A DNA stretch of 64,000 bases from Protoeuglena noctilucae (Eukaryota). Under the pieces are notes generated by a model. It saw only the letters and a program-made list of their open reading frames with translations. It was not told where the DNA came from and did not search any database. The stretch spans positions 310,001 through 374,000 of the forward strand of contig OY253677.1 in NCBI GenBank assembly GCA_958009085.1, read 5' to 3'. Of the stretch, positions 50,837-64,000 are shown piece by piece (the stretch's first letter is position 1; every line of letters begins with the position of its first letter). Both the position numbers and the translations under genes were made by a program.

Positions 50837-53800
50837 ATGGGTTGCAAGGGCAGCAAAGCCGTGGCGCCTGACCATGAGCAGGCGGGGCCGGGGCCGGCTA
50901 CGGAGAACACGCGGGGTCGCAAGTCCGGCCGGGCGCAGGTGACAGTCTAGGCGCCGTACCGGAGACCCCGGCCGTCGGGAACCACCTTTTGGATCATTTC
51001 TGCCTCTCTCCTGCGTGCGTCATGCTGCTTGGCTGGCTAGGTTTGCTGACTGCGCTCATGGCGTGCCTTCTTTGGTAGCGCTGTGGCCCCCGAAACGCGT
51101 TTCCCCCCCTGACTCTGCCGCAGAAGAATGCAAAGCTGAATCCCAAGCCAAACGGCTGCAATGCCCGCGGAGAAAGCCATGGAGTGGACAAGACGTCGTC
51201 GACACCAACCAGGCCACGCCCTGACGATGACCCGCTGTGCCAGGCGCTGCGCGAGGCCGTCGAAACCGGGCCCGAAGCATGCATCCGCGTCATCCAGAAG
51301 CACGAAGGGGCCTTCACCCAGGTGCGGCGCGGGTCCAAACTCACCCTTGCTTTGTTCAGTTGTAGCTCGGATGTGGTGTGATTGTTCCTTTCAAACTCCG
51401 CTCCTGCAGGGCGTCCCTGGGTCAGACTCGACCGAGCTGCTGACGGGCCGGGCGAGGGAGCTGGTGGGCGCGCTGGATGTCATCCTAGGGCCCGTGGTCG
51501 CGTCCGTCGAGGCGGGTGAGGCAGCGTGCCTTCGCAGCGCCCAGACCCGTGTCTATAACCGTCCAGAGTGTCACAGTGCAACCCACCCGTCCCGCGCCTC
51601 TCGCAGAGCTGAGCGCGACCAACGCCTTTCGCGGGTCGTCCCTCGAGTCCCTCGTGGCTGCCGCCCAGCACGCCACGGGCCAGGCGGGAAGCGGGGCAGC
51701 CCGTGCGGTGGGCGCCGCTCTCCAGGCCATGGACGGCATCTGGGGGCAGGTGGTGGTGGCCGCCTCGAGCAAGGCCGGCCGCATCCTCGACAACCCCGCC
51801 GAGCCCCTCCAGGACTCGTTCGTCTCCGGTGAGCGACGACGAGACGTCTCTGCCCCGTTGTATGGACGTCGCTGTGACGGCCGCCAGCCCTGACCGGTGC
51901 CCCTGTGCCTCCGCAGTCCGCCTTAACCAGGTCATGACGATGGTGGCTGTGCTCTGTCTGAGCGACATCACGTGCCGGCCCGCCAAGTGGTACGCCTCCC
52001 AGATGTCACGAGGCACGTGGCGCTGGGGCCTGCGCACCACACCCGCACACATCGGTGCCCAACTCACATGGCAGACACAAGAACCTGCCGGCCCTCTCGC
52101 GCTTGCAGTGGCTGCTACACTCCAGGCCCTGGGCACCAACCCCGAGGAGGCATCTGTGGCCATGACGTCCTCGGGAAAGCTGCTCCTCTGGTACCTCACG
52201 TGAGCCATAGAATTCGGCAATGCGACGTGCCCCAGCACCGCCCTGTCATCGACACTCGATTGCACCCGGCACTGCCCCCGACGCAGGGAGGGGTCCCTGG
52301 CCCAGGAGACCAAGCTGTCGGTCGCGGCGTCTCGGGACAAGGTCAACAGCGCCTTGATCAAGGCCCTCCCGACCCTCGTGGCCACCGTCGTGCGCAAGGG
52401 CTCCCCCCGGTGCCTCTTGTACCCCAGCTTCGTCGACGACTTTGTCGGCCAGTCCGCGGCCGCGGGGAGCCCGAGCAGAGTCGGGATCAGGGTGCGCCAG
52501 GCCAGCGACGTCTCCAACCAGTCAGGGCGGCCGTCGAGTCTTGACGCGGCGCTGGCGGGGGGGGCGCCCAGCCCGACCGGTGAGGGGCGGTGCGAAGGGG
52601 TTAGGGTAGGGGAGTCATGTGCTGCCGGTCGGTGCCCGCCGTGCTGCACGGTGTGATAATGAGCTGCCGGCAATGTGCAGACCGTACCATGGACCGCGGC
52701 GAGGGCCACGGGCCCCGCAAGGAGCTCTTCACGCTGTACGGCAAGTCGGTGTGCCTGGGGACCACGATGGACGTGCGGACGGCCATGCAGTCGATGGCCG
52801 CCCGGCAGCTCATGGCCAAGATGAGACAGGATGACATGGTGGCGGACGGCGTGCGGCTGCTGGAGTGCCAGAGCGGCGCGGGGGTCTTTTGGCTCGCCAG
52901 GCGCGGAGCCCAGTGAGGGGCCGCCCGCTGCGCAGCGTCCCATGCGGCTCGTCTATCCTCTCGCCCTCCTCGCTGCATGGCCTCTCTTTGATTCGTTAGC
53001 ACCTCTGCGCCCCCACAGCCGCGTCACTCATGGGGAGTCCGACTCGGGCCACGACCGCTTCGACGTTGACGACCAGGGCAACCCGGTGCGCGGGGACGAG
53101 GTGGAGCACAACGCCGTCAAGCTCCTCGGCTGGATGATGGGACTCAGCCTGCACAACCGCGCGCCCCTGGGCATCCCTTTGCCAGGCGAGACCACGCTCC
53201 GCAGTAGATGCCTCCTTGTGCACGTACGACGCAGCCTGCATCGTCCAACAAGTGCGTCTTTATCGTGCATCATCATCACCTCCCGATTCCTCACCCAAGC
53301 CATCTCTTCCCTCCGCGCTGCGTTCACTCCTGCTCTCGCCCGTGCCCCTCGCAGCTCTCCTGGTGGACGTGGCTGTGAATGGCCGCGACGTGCTGGGGTC
53401 CATCACCGTGGCGCAGCTGAGGGACTTCGACCCGGAGCTGGCGCAGGGGGTCGAGAACACGATGCGGCTGTCGCAGGAGGACTTCGAGGGGCTGCTGGAG
53501 ACCGAGGAGCTGCCTGTCACCCTGACCAAAGGCGAGCGGGCGCAAGGGCCACGCGTGGGGCGGCCAAATGCGCTGTGCTATTGGATCTTGGCTGGCTGCG
53601 GTGTCCTGTTGCGAGGCGCATGGACAGGTGGCCGTGGTCTTCGGTTGTGTCGCTGAGTGCAATGCCGCCCCTGCCTGGCCCGCACCCGCAGGTCGATACG
53701 TGTCGCTCTTCCTGGAGCAGCAGCTGCTGCGGTGCAGCAAGTGGGTCCCGAAGGAGTTGCAGGAGTGCGTGCTGCTGAGCCTGGGCGGCCGGGAGGGCGT

Positions 53801-54510
53801 CAAACGCATGGCGGCGTGGAACCTCACGTGCGCGGACCTGGCGCGGGCGCTGAGCGGGGAGGGTGCCATCGAGGCGGAAGACTTCGACTTCCGGGACGCC
53901 TTCCGCGTCATCCACGACGCCGAGCTCATGTGAGCGCGCATGGGAGCTGGCGTCTCTCAGTGCGGTGGTCTGGCTTTGGCGAGCGCACCGGACGCAAAGC
54001 ACGTGGCCGTCGCTGCAACTCGGGCTTGCCCGCGTCCCGTTCGCGCGCAGGGAGGAGGGCCGCGGCTCGGTGCTCCGCGACGCGCTGTGGGAGGTGGTGC
54101 ACGCGTGGAGCGCCGATGAGAAGCGGCAGTTCCTCAAGTTCGTGACGGGCTCCGAGCGCCTCCCCGCGCCGCTGTCCGAGTCCATCAAGATCGAGCTGCC
54201 GTTCACGCCCCTGGGCCAGGACGAGTGGGAGCGCATGCTGGGGATGGTCCCGCAAAGCCACACGTGCTCCAACACGCTTGAGCTGCCCAACTACTGGGGT
54301 GCGTGCGCGCCGCGACCTGACGCGCCGGGTCGCTGTGGCGCGACCGCGTCTCTTCATGTGAGCGCCTGCCCTCCCGCAGAAGCGCTACGGAGGAAGCACC
54401 CAGGGAGGGACCCGGGGGAGCTGCGGAAGGACCTCCTCGAGACTCTCCGCGACCGATTTTCCATCGCGTTGGCTAACGCATACTCTTACGGACTGGACGT
54501 CGTCTCGTGA
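50837..54510 (+). CDS. HECT-domain E3 ubiquitin ligase with N-terminal MGC motif
   Basis: GEGHGPRKELF, LLGWMMGLSLHN, WEVVHAWSADEKRQFLKFVTGSERLP and the catalytic PQSHTCSNTLELPNY. Confidence 0.9.
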
Positions 54511-54753
54511 GGCAGCTTGGGGCAGGAGCAGGGTCGGCCAGGTCACAGCACGTGTGTATGCCCTGGCGTCAGACCTCAAGTCCTTTTCTCCAACACCTCG
54601 GAGCCTTCTCTGGAGCATAGATGTTGCTGTGCTCGTGAGGACTGGTAGCAGTGCGTCATTCACAGAGGCTGCGCTGAAGAAAGAGTGACTGTGGCGTTCG
54701 TGGCCGCCATTTTCGAAGACTGGAGCGGTTGCAACCCCCGCTTCTTGGCGGCA

Positions 54754-56037
54754 ATGCGGGCGAGGGCTGGGGAGGGCGGGATGCCGGGGGACGCGCCCGA
54801 GACGGGCACAACCATCATGGCTGTGGTATACAAGGGGTGAGATCTGCCGCGCTATCGCGTGGTCCGCGCTCTCGAGCTACCGAAAATGCCAACGACGCGT
54901 CGCTCCCTCACCGGGCCCCGCGCTCCCGACCAAGCAGGGGCGTGGTGCTCGGGGCGGACTCCCGCGTGTCCACGGGGACGTACGTGTCGAACCGCGCCTC
55001 CAACAAGATTGTGGAGTTTACGAGCAAGGTGAGGATGCTGCGGGAAGGCTCGCAGAGATCGCGCGGTGCTCAGCGCGGGCGCGAATGCGCACCATTGCTT
55101 CCGTAACGATCGCTGGCGCGACCCGCGTCGCTCCGCACAAACGTGTTGTGCGATGTGTGTTATGTACATCATGGAAACTGCGCGTCGCTGACCAGCAAGC
55201 GAGCCTGTTCGCTGCTGCAGGTCTTTCTTTGCCGCTCCGGGTCCGCGGCGGACACCCAGGCCGTCAGCGAGTACGTCCGCTGGTTTGTGGATCAGCATAG
55301 GATGGGTGAGTGGATCTGCAGTACGCTGCGTGCTCCCAGACCCCGCAGGGCGGGCCCGGGTCGCGCCTCATCATGCCTCGTCGCCGTGCGCAGAGATTGG
55401 GGCCGAGCCGCGCGTCGCGACGGTCGCGGAGTTGGTCAAGGCGATGAACTACAACAACAAGCAGCTGCTGGCGGCCATGATCGTCGCGGGCTGGGACGAC
55501 GCGGAAGGCGGGGTCGTGTACGGGGCGCCCATCGGCGGGACGCTGGTGAGTGCCGCGACTTGCAGAGGTACCATGCACTCTCACGTGGCTCGCAATTGCC
55601 AGCACCTTCCCATTCAGCACCTTCCCATTCATGTTCTCCTTCTCCTCGCGACCCCCAGGCCCGCCAGCAGTGGGCGATCGATGGGTCCGGGTCCACATAC
55701 ATTTGGTCCCTCTGTGACTCGGAGTTCCGGGAGGGCATGACCCGGGACGAGGCGGAGGCGTACGTGACCATGTGCATCGCGGCAGCCATGACGCGGGACG
55801 GCAGCTCGGGGGGGCTCATCCGGTGAGGAGCGGTGGTGGTTGTTTGGAATGAGCTAGCTGGTCACGAGCGCATGCGAGTTGAGGGGCCGCACTACCCCTG
55901 GGCGTCGCAGGCTGGTCACCGTGGACGCCGAGGGCGTGCGCCACCGCGTGGTGCAGGGCAACGACCTCCCACTCTTTCCGGGCGACATCCGGGCGCCGGA
56001 CCGCGCGCAGGCGGACGTGCCCATGGCGGCGGCGTAG
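54754..56037 (+). CDS. PBA1: 20S proteasome subunit beta1 (PBA1/PSMB6-type)
   Basis: Propeptide cleavage site [30 protein letters not shown] and RDGSSGG. Confidence 0.93.
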
Positions 56038-56556
56038 CATCTTTTGAAGCTTTCTCAGGTCGACTGACCCCGCCTTGCCAAGTGGGGCGCAAAGACTTGG
56101 TTGCTGCGCTGGTTGCGCTTGGTTGCGCTAAGCAGTTGCGTAAGGCAACTTGGGACTCGAACTTCACTTCTAACCGTCTACAATTCGCCCGCCGCCGTGG
56201 GGTCGGCCGATGATGTGGAGCGGTTCCTGTATCTACACTCTATTCTTGCAAGTGGCATTACAGGACCTTCCTGGGATTAATACAGCTGCGGCAAGAAGAC
56301 GGCATGAAGGCCAGTCACGGCGCGCTCTGCTGTGGGTCAGCGTTAATAGAGGGGGAGTCAACCGCAAGGCGAGCCCAGTGCAGAGCACGGAGCAGCGCAG
56401 TAGTGGCGTGCGCATTGTGCGACAACCCATGCATCGGCACGCAGGCATCCAGGCTGGCCCGTCCAGCGCAAGGTAGTCACACCCTTTAACCCCTCAGCAT
56501 CGCTCCCGCACAGCCAGCGCGCCCCTCAAGTTACCCCAGGCGACCCTGCGCGGCGC

Positions 56557-57766
56557 TCAGCAGTCCCTCGCGCGCCGCCCCACGGCCGCCCCGTCGGCCC
56601 CCGTCGCCCACCATGGCCGCGGCGGCCGCGCCACGCGTCCCGTCCGCAGCACGCGCTTGCGCGGGCGTTCACGCAGCCCGTGCGAGCCCTCGTCGCCCCG
56701 CCCGCGCTTCTCCCCCAGCCCCCGCTTCCCGCGGCCCCCAGATGTCACATCCCCCACCGCCTCCCCGCCCCCCGCCTGCACCGACCCCTTGGTCCTCGCA
56801 TCCCGCGCGCCCCCGCGCCCCCCTCGCACCTCCCCCACCACTTGCACCTCCACGCTGCCCTCCTCCTCCCCAGACCCAGACCCAGACTCGCCGTCGCTTT
56901 CAGCCCTCTGCTGCCGCCGCCGCCCCCGCCGCGCCCCCCGCCCCGCGCGTACCCCCGCGGCTCCCTCCGCCAGGTACGACGCGATCAGCGCAGCGTCAAA
57001 GTCCAGCAGCTCCAACACCGCCAGCTCCGCTGCACAGGGATCGACGTCGTCAGGGCGCAGGCCACGCCGGGCCATCTCCCGCGCACATGCGGGGCTGCGG
57101 GCGCGGGCCGGGTGTTGTCCTAGCGCCGCAGGGATCGGGTGCACCCAGTCCGAGCCCAGCCCGGCGCACGGCTCACCAGAACCACTGCCCCTGAGGGATG
57201 TCGCCCAGCGCGACGCAGTAGGTGTGGAAGCCCCGGTCGCACCCATCGCAGAGGAGGAGAAGACCCTCGTCGTCGCCGCCATGGCACTCCTGGGAAAAAG
57301 CAAACGAGAGCCGATTTGCTGGAGCATCACACCTCGTGACGAGCGAGTAGCCATCCCTAACCACTCCCTCGCCTGGCAGATGACGTCACCGTACGGTGCG
57401 TACTCCTCCGCCTCCACCCGCAGCCGCGCCTCCGCGACGGGGGACCCGTCCAACTCGGTCACCGCCACGCGGCACACGGGGCACGTGTTCTGCACCTCCA
57501 GCCACCGGCGCAGGCAGGGGCCGTGGAAGGCGTGCGCGCAGGGACGCAGCTCCGACCATGGCGGGCCCGCGTCCCCGGAGTCCTCCAGGCAAATCGCGCA
57601 GTGGCGATGCGCGCAGTCCACACTCGCTGCGCCGGCTCCCGCCTTTCCTCGAGCTCTGCGGCGAGAAGACGATATGAACCTGCTTTCACCCCATAACAGA
57701 CCTCTCCTGCTGGCCCGCCCTCTTCCCGCGCCGCGAGGGGCGAGCCCGTTGTCGTTGTGCTTGCAT
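56557..57766 (-). CDS. RING-H2 plus PHD finger protein (PHRF1-like architecture)
   Basis: CAICLE...LRPCAHAFHGPCLRRWLEVQNTCPVCR and VICQ|ECHGGDDEGLLLLCDGCDRGFHTYC...PQGQWF. Confidence 0.85.
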
Positions 57767-58586
57767 GGCGCGCGGACGCCCAAGACGCCCTAAGACTGGA
57801 GTGCGGCGGGCGCATCACCTTTGCGGAGATGTCGCAGCTGGCGTGCGCGACCGGGCCAGCCCGTCGTCCCGAGACGGCGTCGCGGGAGGCCCGAGGCCGG
57901 CCACCCCCAAAGGCGCCCTCGCGTCTCCCCCGTCCAATGTCCTCGGAGAAACCTGATGCCAATCCCGACTTCCTTGCCATGAAATTGGGCTGCGAGCCTC
58001 GCATAGCACCCCGTCGGCGCACCGGGGCGCCTCTGGGGCGGGCCGCTCAGCCTGGCCAGGGACGGCGCGCCGCTCGCAGACTAGTGGGGCTGGCGGCACA
58101 GCTACGGCGCTCCCAGGAGCGCAGAGAGGGAAAGAAGACGTTGCCGCCGCGACATATCGCTGGAACGCGAGGCGGCACGCCATGGCGTCGTTCCCGCCAC
58201 TCCGCCCCATCATGGCCGTCCCCCTCAGCGTCAGCGTCACTGTCCCGGCGTGGGCAGCGCCGTCCGATCGGTGCCAAGCAAAGTCAACAGGGGCATGGTC
58301 GATGGCGAGGAATGATGGCCGGGGACGTTTTCTGGCGCGAGAAATCAGTTTGCAGTGCCGCTGCCCTTCTTGCGATGGTCCGCCGATGCTTTCCTCTTCA
58401 CATCGCCCCTACATCCGGTCTGGCGTCCTTCCATCGCGTCACACGTTTTCTGAGTTGATTCGATAGCTCGCATCGCCGCAAAAAGGGCACGGCTCTTTTT
58501 TCGTCGTATCGGCCAGCCAATCGCGCATCTGGGGGCCCGGTGGGCGGAGTCTGCACCTGGTCGGGCGCGGGGCAGGCGGTGGGGCG

Positions 58587-60953
58587 ATGGTGAGCGGCAG
58601 CGCTGCGTGGCCAGGGCGTCGATAGCACCTGGGAGCCGAGTGCTGACCGGGGGGCACGCGGGAAGAGCTGGACGCGTGCGCTTTGGCCCTGGCCCACGCG
58701 ACGGCTGGGGGCGTCAGAAGAGCTCCCGATGGGGAGCCCGGGGCGGCCGGGGTCGCGGTGGCGACGTCGCTGGCCACGTGCGACACCTTGCCTGCCCGCG
58801 GAGGCACCCCGCTGTCGAGAAGAGCGCGCCCCTGGCGACTACGGCCCTGTTAGGGATGCACGCAGGCGCTGTACCTCCTCTACGAGTCGGCGTCGGGCTA
58901 CGCCCTTTTCAACGTGACGTCCTCCGATGAAGCAAACCAGTCGGCGGAGGCGGTGCAGCAGTCCTACGCGGACTTGCAGCGATTCGGCAAGGCGAGTCCG
59001 ACCTCGCGCCGCCGAGCCTCCCCGCCCGCGCGCCGCGGTCTCCGCGCCGACCGGCCCGCCCGCACGCCCCGCAGGTTGTGAAGCTCGCTGCCTTCAGCCC
59101 CTTCACGTCCGCGGCGAACGCCCTGGAGAACATCCGCGAGGTGTCGGACAACAAGGTCAGCGCCGACCTCCGCAGCTTCTTGGAGCTGAACCTGCCCAAG
59201 GCGAAGAAGGCCGACTACAAGCTGGGCGTCCAGGAGTCGCAGCTGGGCAAGGAAATCCTCGACTCGCTCAAGATCCCCTGCGTCTGCAACGAGTACACCG
59301 GGGAGCTCCTGCGTGGCGTGCGGCTCCACTTCGCGCGGTTCGTCAAGGGCATGGAGGAGCTGGACCTGCACAAGGCGCAGCTGGGCCTGGCGCACGCCTT
59401 CTCGCGCGACCGGGTGCAGTTCAACGTCAAGCGCGTCGACAACATGATCATCCAGGCCATCGCCCTGCTCGACACGCTGGACAAGGACATCAACACCTTC
59501 GTCATGCGCGTGCGCGAGTGGTACGGCTACTCCTTCCCGGAGCTCGTCCGCATCGTGCCCGACAACTACCAGTACGCGCGCGTGGCGCTCGTTATGCGCG
59601 ACAAGGCGGCCGCGACGGACGCCCTCCTCCCGGCCCTGACGGAGATCGTGGGGGAGGAGGAGAAGGCCAAGGAGGTCGTCGAGGCCGCGCGCACCTCGAT
59701 GGGCCAGGACGTGTCTCCTATCGACCTGGTCAACATCGAGGCGTTTGCCAAGCGCGTCATTGCGCTCGCCGAGTACCGGTGAGGGGTGGGGCGGGAGAGC
59801 ATGGGCGCGGGCGTGACATGCTGCGGACACCGGTACCTGATGGACAAGATGCACTCGCTCACTTGCCTCTCTCCCCCTTCGTCCCCCGCAGCCAGCACCT
59901 GCACCGGTACCTGATGGACAAGATGCACGCGGTGGCCCCGAACCTGTCCGCGCTGATCGGGGAGGTGGTCGGCGCCCGCCTCATCTCCCACGCGGGGTCG
60001 CTGGTCAACCTGGCCAAGTACCCCGCGTCCACGGTGCAGATCCTGGGGGCGGAGAAGGCGCTCTTCCGTTCGCTCAAGACCAAGGGCAACACCCCCAAGT
60101 ACGGCCTCATCTTCCACTCCTCCTTCATCGGCCGCGCCAAGCAGCGCAACAAGGGCCGCATCTCCCGCTACCTCGCCAACAAGTGCTCCATCGCCTCCCG
60201 AATTGACGCATTCCTGGACGTCCAGACGAGCGCCTTCGGGGAGAAGCTCAAGGAGCAGGTCGAGGACCGGCTGAGGTTCTACGAGGAGGGGTTGGCCCCT
60301 AAGAAGAACGCCACCGTGATGGAGGCCGCGATGGCGGAGATGAGGGCGGCGGGGGGGGCGGCGGCGGCGGTGGCGGGGGGCAAGAAGGCCGAGGCGAGTC
60401 GGTGGCCGGAGTGCAGGGTGCAGGGTGCGGGTGCCGTATCTGGGTGCCGGCGCGGGGCAGGGAGGCATGGTGGTAGTTGCGGGTGTGATGGGCCGCGTAG
60501 AGGGTATAGAGGGCCGTTGCATGCGACCAAGATGTTCTCAGTGTCTGTCGAGGGCAGTGACGCGAAAGTGACGCATCGCCTGGTGTTTGCAGAAGGACAA
60601 GAAGAAGGACAAGAAGCGCAAGGCCGAGGAGGAGGCACCGGCGGGGGAGGCGGAGGGGAAGGCGAAGGTGAGGGGCGGGGACGACGGTGGTGGGTGGCGT
60701 TGTTCGCATTATTTTCGATCAGGAGAGTGATGTCACACAAGCTAAGCTTGTGTGAATGGATAAATGGATCCAGTTGGCGTCGCCTGCTTGCCGTTGTGGA
60801 GGAGCTGTGATGCGCTGTGAAGGGCCGGGCGGGTCGTGGGTTGTGGGTCGCGGTCTCAGCAAGAGCCTCACGTGGAGCTTCTCTTCATTCGCGCAGAAGG
60901 AGAAGAAGGAAAAGAAAGAGAAGAAGGAGAAGAAGGGACACAAGGAGAAGTGA
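58587..60953 (+). CDS. NOP56: Box C/D snoRNP core protein NOP56
   Basis: [67 protein letters not shown] and a KKE-repeat tail. The ATG-only first coding exon at 58587 is inferred. Confidence 0.96.
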
Positions 60954-61284
60954 TGGGTTGCAACTGGCTGGGTCTGGCTGTGCATGCACTGCGCTGCATC
61001 TGACGCCGATCTCTGCCACGCGCTTGGTCCCTGTCGCCTTCCGCGTCCGTGCTTGTTCGTGGCGTCTGACACAGAATTTGAAAGTCCCGCGGTGCACATA
61101 GACCCCGAGCTAGGCCTACGTTGCCGCACCCCAACACTCTGCCACCATTCAGCAGCTCCTGTCCCGTCTGACCCGTCAGCCGCAGCGACCCGCATCCGGT
61201 CCTCCGCGAGCGCGCACCCGCAATCAACTTCGCATTCATTCTCATCTGTTCGCAGCACTCGTGCGCGGTCTGCAAAGGTCGCCG

Positions 61285-64000
61285 TCAGGATTCGAACACC
61301 CGACGTGCCTGCTCCACGGCCCCGCTCAGCACGGCCTGCACGCCCCGGGACACCTCGGCGGGGAAGTCGTTCAGTTGGATGCCCAGCTGCTGGGCCCGGG
61401 GGGCGGGGATGGCTGAGTAGAGGGCACGCTGGAGGTCCTGGGGGGTCTGCGGTAAGGGGAGAGGAGAGGAGTGGGTCAGCGATGCAGGGTCAGTGGTGGG
61501 GGGAGAGGGGAGGGCCAGGGTCGCGGTTTGAAAGAGACTTGTGCAGTGAGACTGGCCCATCACCATTCGCTATCTCCACTGCTAGGGAGAGGAGCACAGC
61601 CATCCCCATTCTCGCCACCCTCATTCGCACCCTCTTAACTCTCCCTAACACGCGTACTCGTGCTCGTCCGCACCCTCCCACTCGCCTTGAGCAGCACGGG
61701 GATCTCCTGCACATCTCCCTCCTTGCGCCCCCCCACCGCGATGCCCAGGCCCAGCACCCCCGACCCAATGGGGAAATGACCGTCCGAGGGCCACCCCAGG
61801 TGCATGGCCATCTGCAGGGCCAGGCGGTCCTCGTCACTGCGATGGCATGGAGACGAAAAGCAGAGTTGAAAGGCAAGCATGACGGTCATGAGGAAGTGCA
61901 CCCTGTCTTGCGCTCCCTTGCCACTCGCACCCAACTGTCAGGGCACCACCTACAGCATCATCTAGAGCACCACGTCATTTACATACTATCCACGGCACCC
62001 AATCCCCGAAGTGGCTTGCCTGAGGGAGGAGGTGGGCACGGGCACGGGTGCCGCGGGGTCCAGGTGCCAGGCACGAGACGACTCTGTTGCATGGCCGGCC
62101 CCCTCCACCCCGGCCCTTCCCATCTTGGTTCCCTCGCCCCCTCTCGCCTCCGCAATCGCCCTCTCCCTCTCTTTGTCAACTTCCTGCTGCGCGCTCGCAC
62201 GCACCGCCGCGCCCGGCAGTGCCTCGCTCGCCGGCACCTCCGCCCCCGCGCCCCCCACCGACCCCGCCACCGCCAGGCTCAGCGGCGGAGTGAAGGGCGC
62301 GTAGTAGGGCCCGGCTGGGAACCGCCCGCCCCACGCCTCCTGCCGATTCTCAAACTGCCCATGCGCAGTGTCGTGACCTCCATGCTCATCGCCCCGAGAC
62401 GAAGCCAGGCCCAGGAGCGCCCCGTACGGCGTCCACCCGTCCGCGTGCGCGTGGCTGCCACCCTCTTTGCTCCCGCTCGCGCCCGCGTCGCCGCCGTCCT
62501 TGGCGATGGGCCCCGCGTGCCCAAACACCCCCGCCAGGGTGTCTGGGGGATACCCCAGCTGCGCCATCCGCATCATCCACTCGCGCTCCACCGGGTTCGC
62601 GGAGTGGGGCACGCCGCGGGCCCACGGCGGCGCGGGGGAGCCCGAGGAGTGCCAATAGGAGGAGCTCTGGGGGTGGGGGTGGGGTGGGGTGTGAACAAGG
62701 GCGAGGCAGGGACAGGGGTGGGCGTTGGTGGCTGCGTAAGGTTCATGAGTGGGGCTGGCATCTACAACAGAGTTCCATGCCCTCCTCACCAGCGGGCGCG
62801 ACCCCGGCAGCGGCCCCCACATGCGTGCCCCATGCGTGTCCCTCGCCCCTCCCTTGCTCTCCGGGCTGAGGCGACGCATGACCTCGTCCATCTCTGTGAC
62901 AATCGTCGCGGTGACCTCGGAAAGGGACGGCCCGGGGCGCCAGCGAGGGTCCATCCCCATCTCGGCCCATTGCGGCCCACCCAAGGCCCTTGGGGCGCTC
63001 GGCATCAGCCGCCAGTCGCCCCCGACCCCCGCCCACTTGGCCACCTCCCACGGCGGCAGGTCCATCGGAGCCACGGGAATGTGTGGGTCGTACCCGTAGC
63101 CGTGGCCACCATAGCCGTGGCTCGGCATGTGGGAGTGACTGGGCGCGGCGTGGCCCGACGCATGCGACGCAGGCGACGTGGGCCCATCCCGCAGCGAGGG
63201 GTGCCACCCCGCTGGGGGCACCGGGCCACCTCCGGGACGCCAGAAGGGCGCGGCGGCGGCGGCAGTGGCGGCAGTGGCGGGGTCTCTGCTCGCGGCGGGG
63301 GACGGGGACCACTGCGGCCCTCGCAGGGGCACACCCGCCGCATCGTAGAGCACTCCGTCGGGGCCTACGATGGGCGCGGACTTGCTCGGCGCGTACCCGT
63401 GGCCTGCATCCGGGAGGCCGTAGCGTGGCACGTTGGGCGCGTGGGCGTCAGCGTGGTGGGCGAGGGGCACGCCCATGTCGCGCAGGGAGGTGGCGAGGGG
63501 GGAGGTGGCTGGGACGAGGCGGGCCACGTCGGGGAGTGGCATCGAGGCCAGGTGACCCATGTGGGCATCTGAGGGTGGATGAAAGTGGCAAGTGTGACAG
63601 CGGATGGTACGTAGCAGCCAGCAACCTGACAGAGCAGGCAACCGAGCTCATGTCGGGTGGGCGACTGAATTGTAAGTGGCCGATAGAGCTGCCTTGCTCC
63701 GCGACTCACCCGCGTCCATCTGCTGCCTGGCCGTGCGTATCTGCGAGGTCCATTGGTCGAGCGTGAAGTGGCGGGTGGGGGCCGCGGGGGCGTCGGTCTC
63801 TGCGGAGAGGTACAGAGCGAGAGAACAGCATTGGGAAAGTCGAGTTTGAGAGCAAGGAGGGAGAGAAGCTAGTGGAAGAGAGAGGTGGGAAGACATGCTT
63901 GCTGCACCATGCGCATGCCGTGGCAACTGTGTCTGCTGTACTTGCATCAGCCGCGGTGACTGCACTGGCAAGTCGTCACCTGACTCGGGCAGTTCCTCGC
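61285..64000 (-). CDS. Hypothetical low-complexity (P/H/G/W-rich) protein; 5' end outside the window
   Basis: Long exon ~62000-63570 with GT-AG-bounded flanking exons and a final exon TPQDLQRALYSAIP...ARRVFES*. No domain recognised. Confidence 0.5.

Noticed and set aside
55601..55632. 15-bp tandem duplication CAGCACCTTCCCATT in an intron
   Set aside because: Ordinary slippage duplication with no sign of function.
55670..55705. AIDGSGS variant in proteasome beta1
   Set aside because: Thr1, Asp17, Lys33 and the SGS and RDG motifs are intact, and that position is variable.
60984..63572. 862-aa plus-strand ORF, and similar long ORFs such as 3734-5356 and 22638-23936
   Set aside because: The translations are R/G/P/A-rich with no motifs. 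They lie antisense to, or between, better-supported spliced genes, as expected for shadow ORFs in GC-rich DNA.

Overview
This is GC-rich, gene-dense eukaryotic nuclear DNA with many short introns. Plastid-targeted genes (PSY, mTERF, NSI-type GNAT) and TGTAA motifs just after some stop codons point to a chlorophyte green alga; that is an inference. I reconstructed about 24 spliced genes by eye, so exon boundaries and some start/stop positions are approximate. Recognisable genes are AKR2-like, SURF2, a DUF4188 protein, two tandem membrane-anchored S8 subtilases, PSY, mTERF, NSI/SNAT, SEC22, a GT71 mannosyltransferase, RACK1, an RNI-type LRR protein, an F-box/LRR protein, a HECT E3, proteasome beta1, a RING-PHD protein and NOP56. 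The main non-routine feature is an apparently intact ~5.6 kb DNA transposon at 39919-45491. It has terminal inverted repeats, GATC-rich subterminal arrays, a probable 2-bp AT target duplication and a spliced C2H2 + Plavaka-type DDE transposase. A second window-wide signal is an unusually high use of GC-AG introns (consensus AG|GCGAG). Most long ORFs in the supplied track are GC-rich shadow frames.
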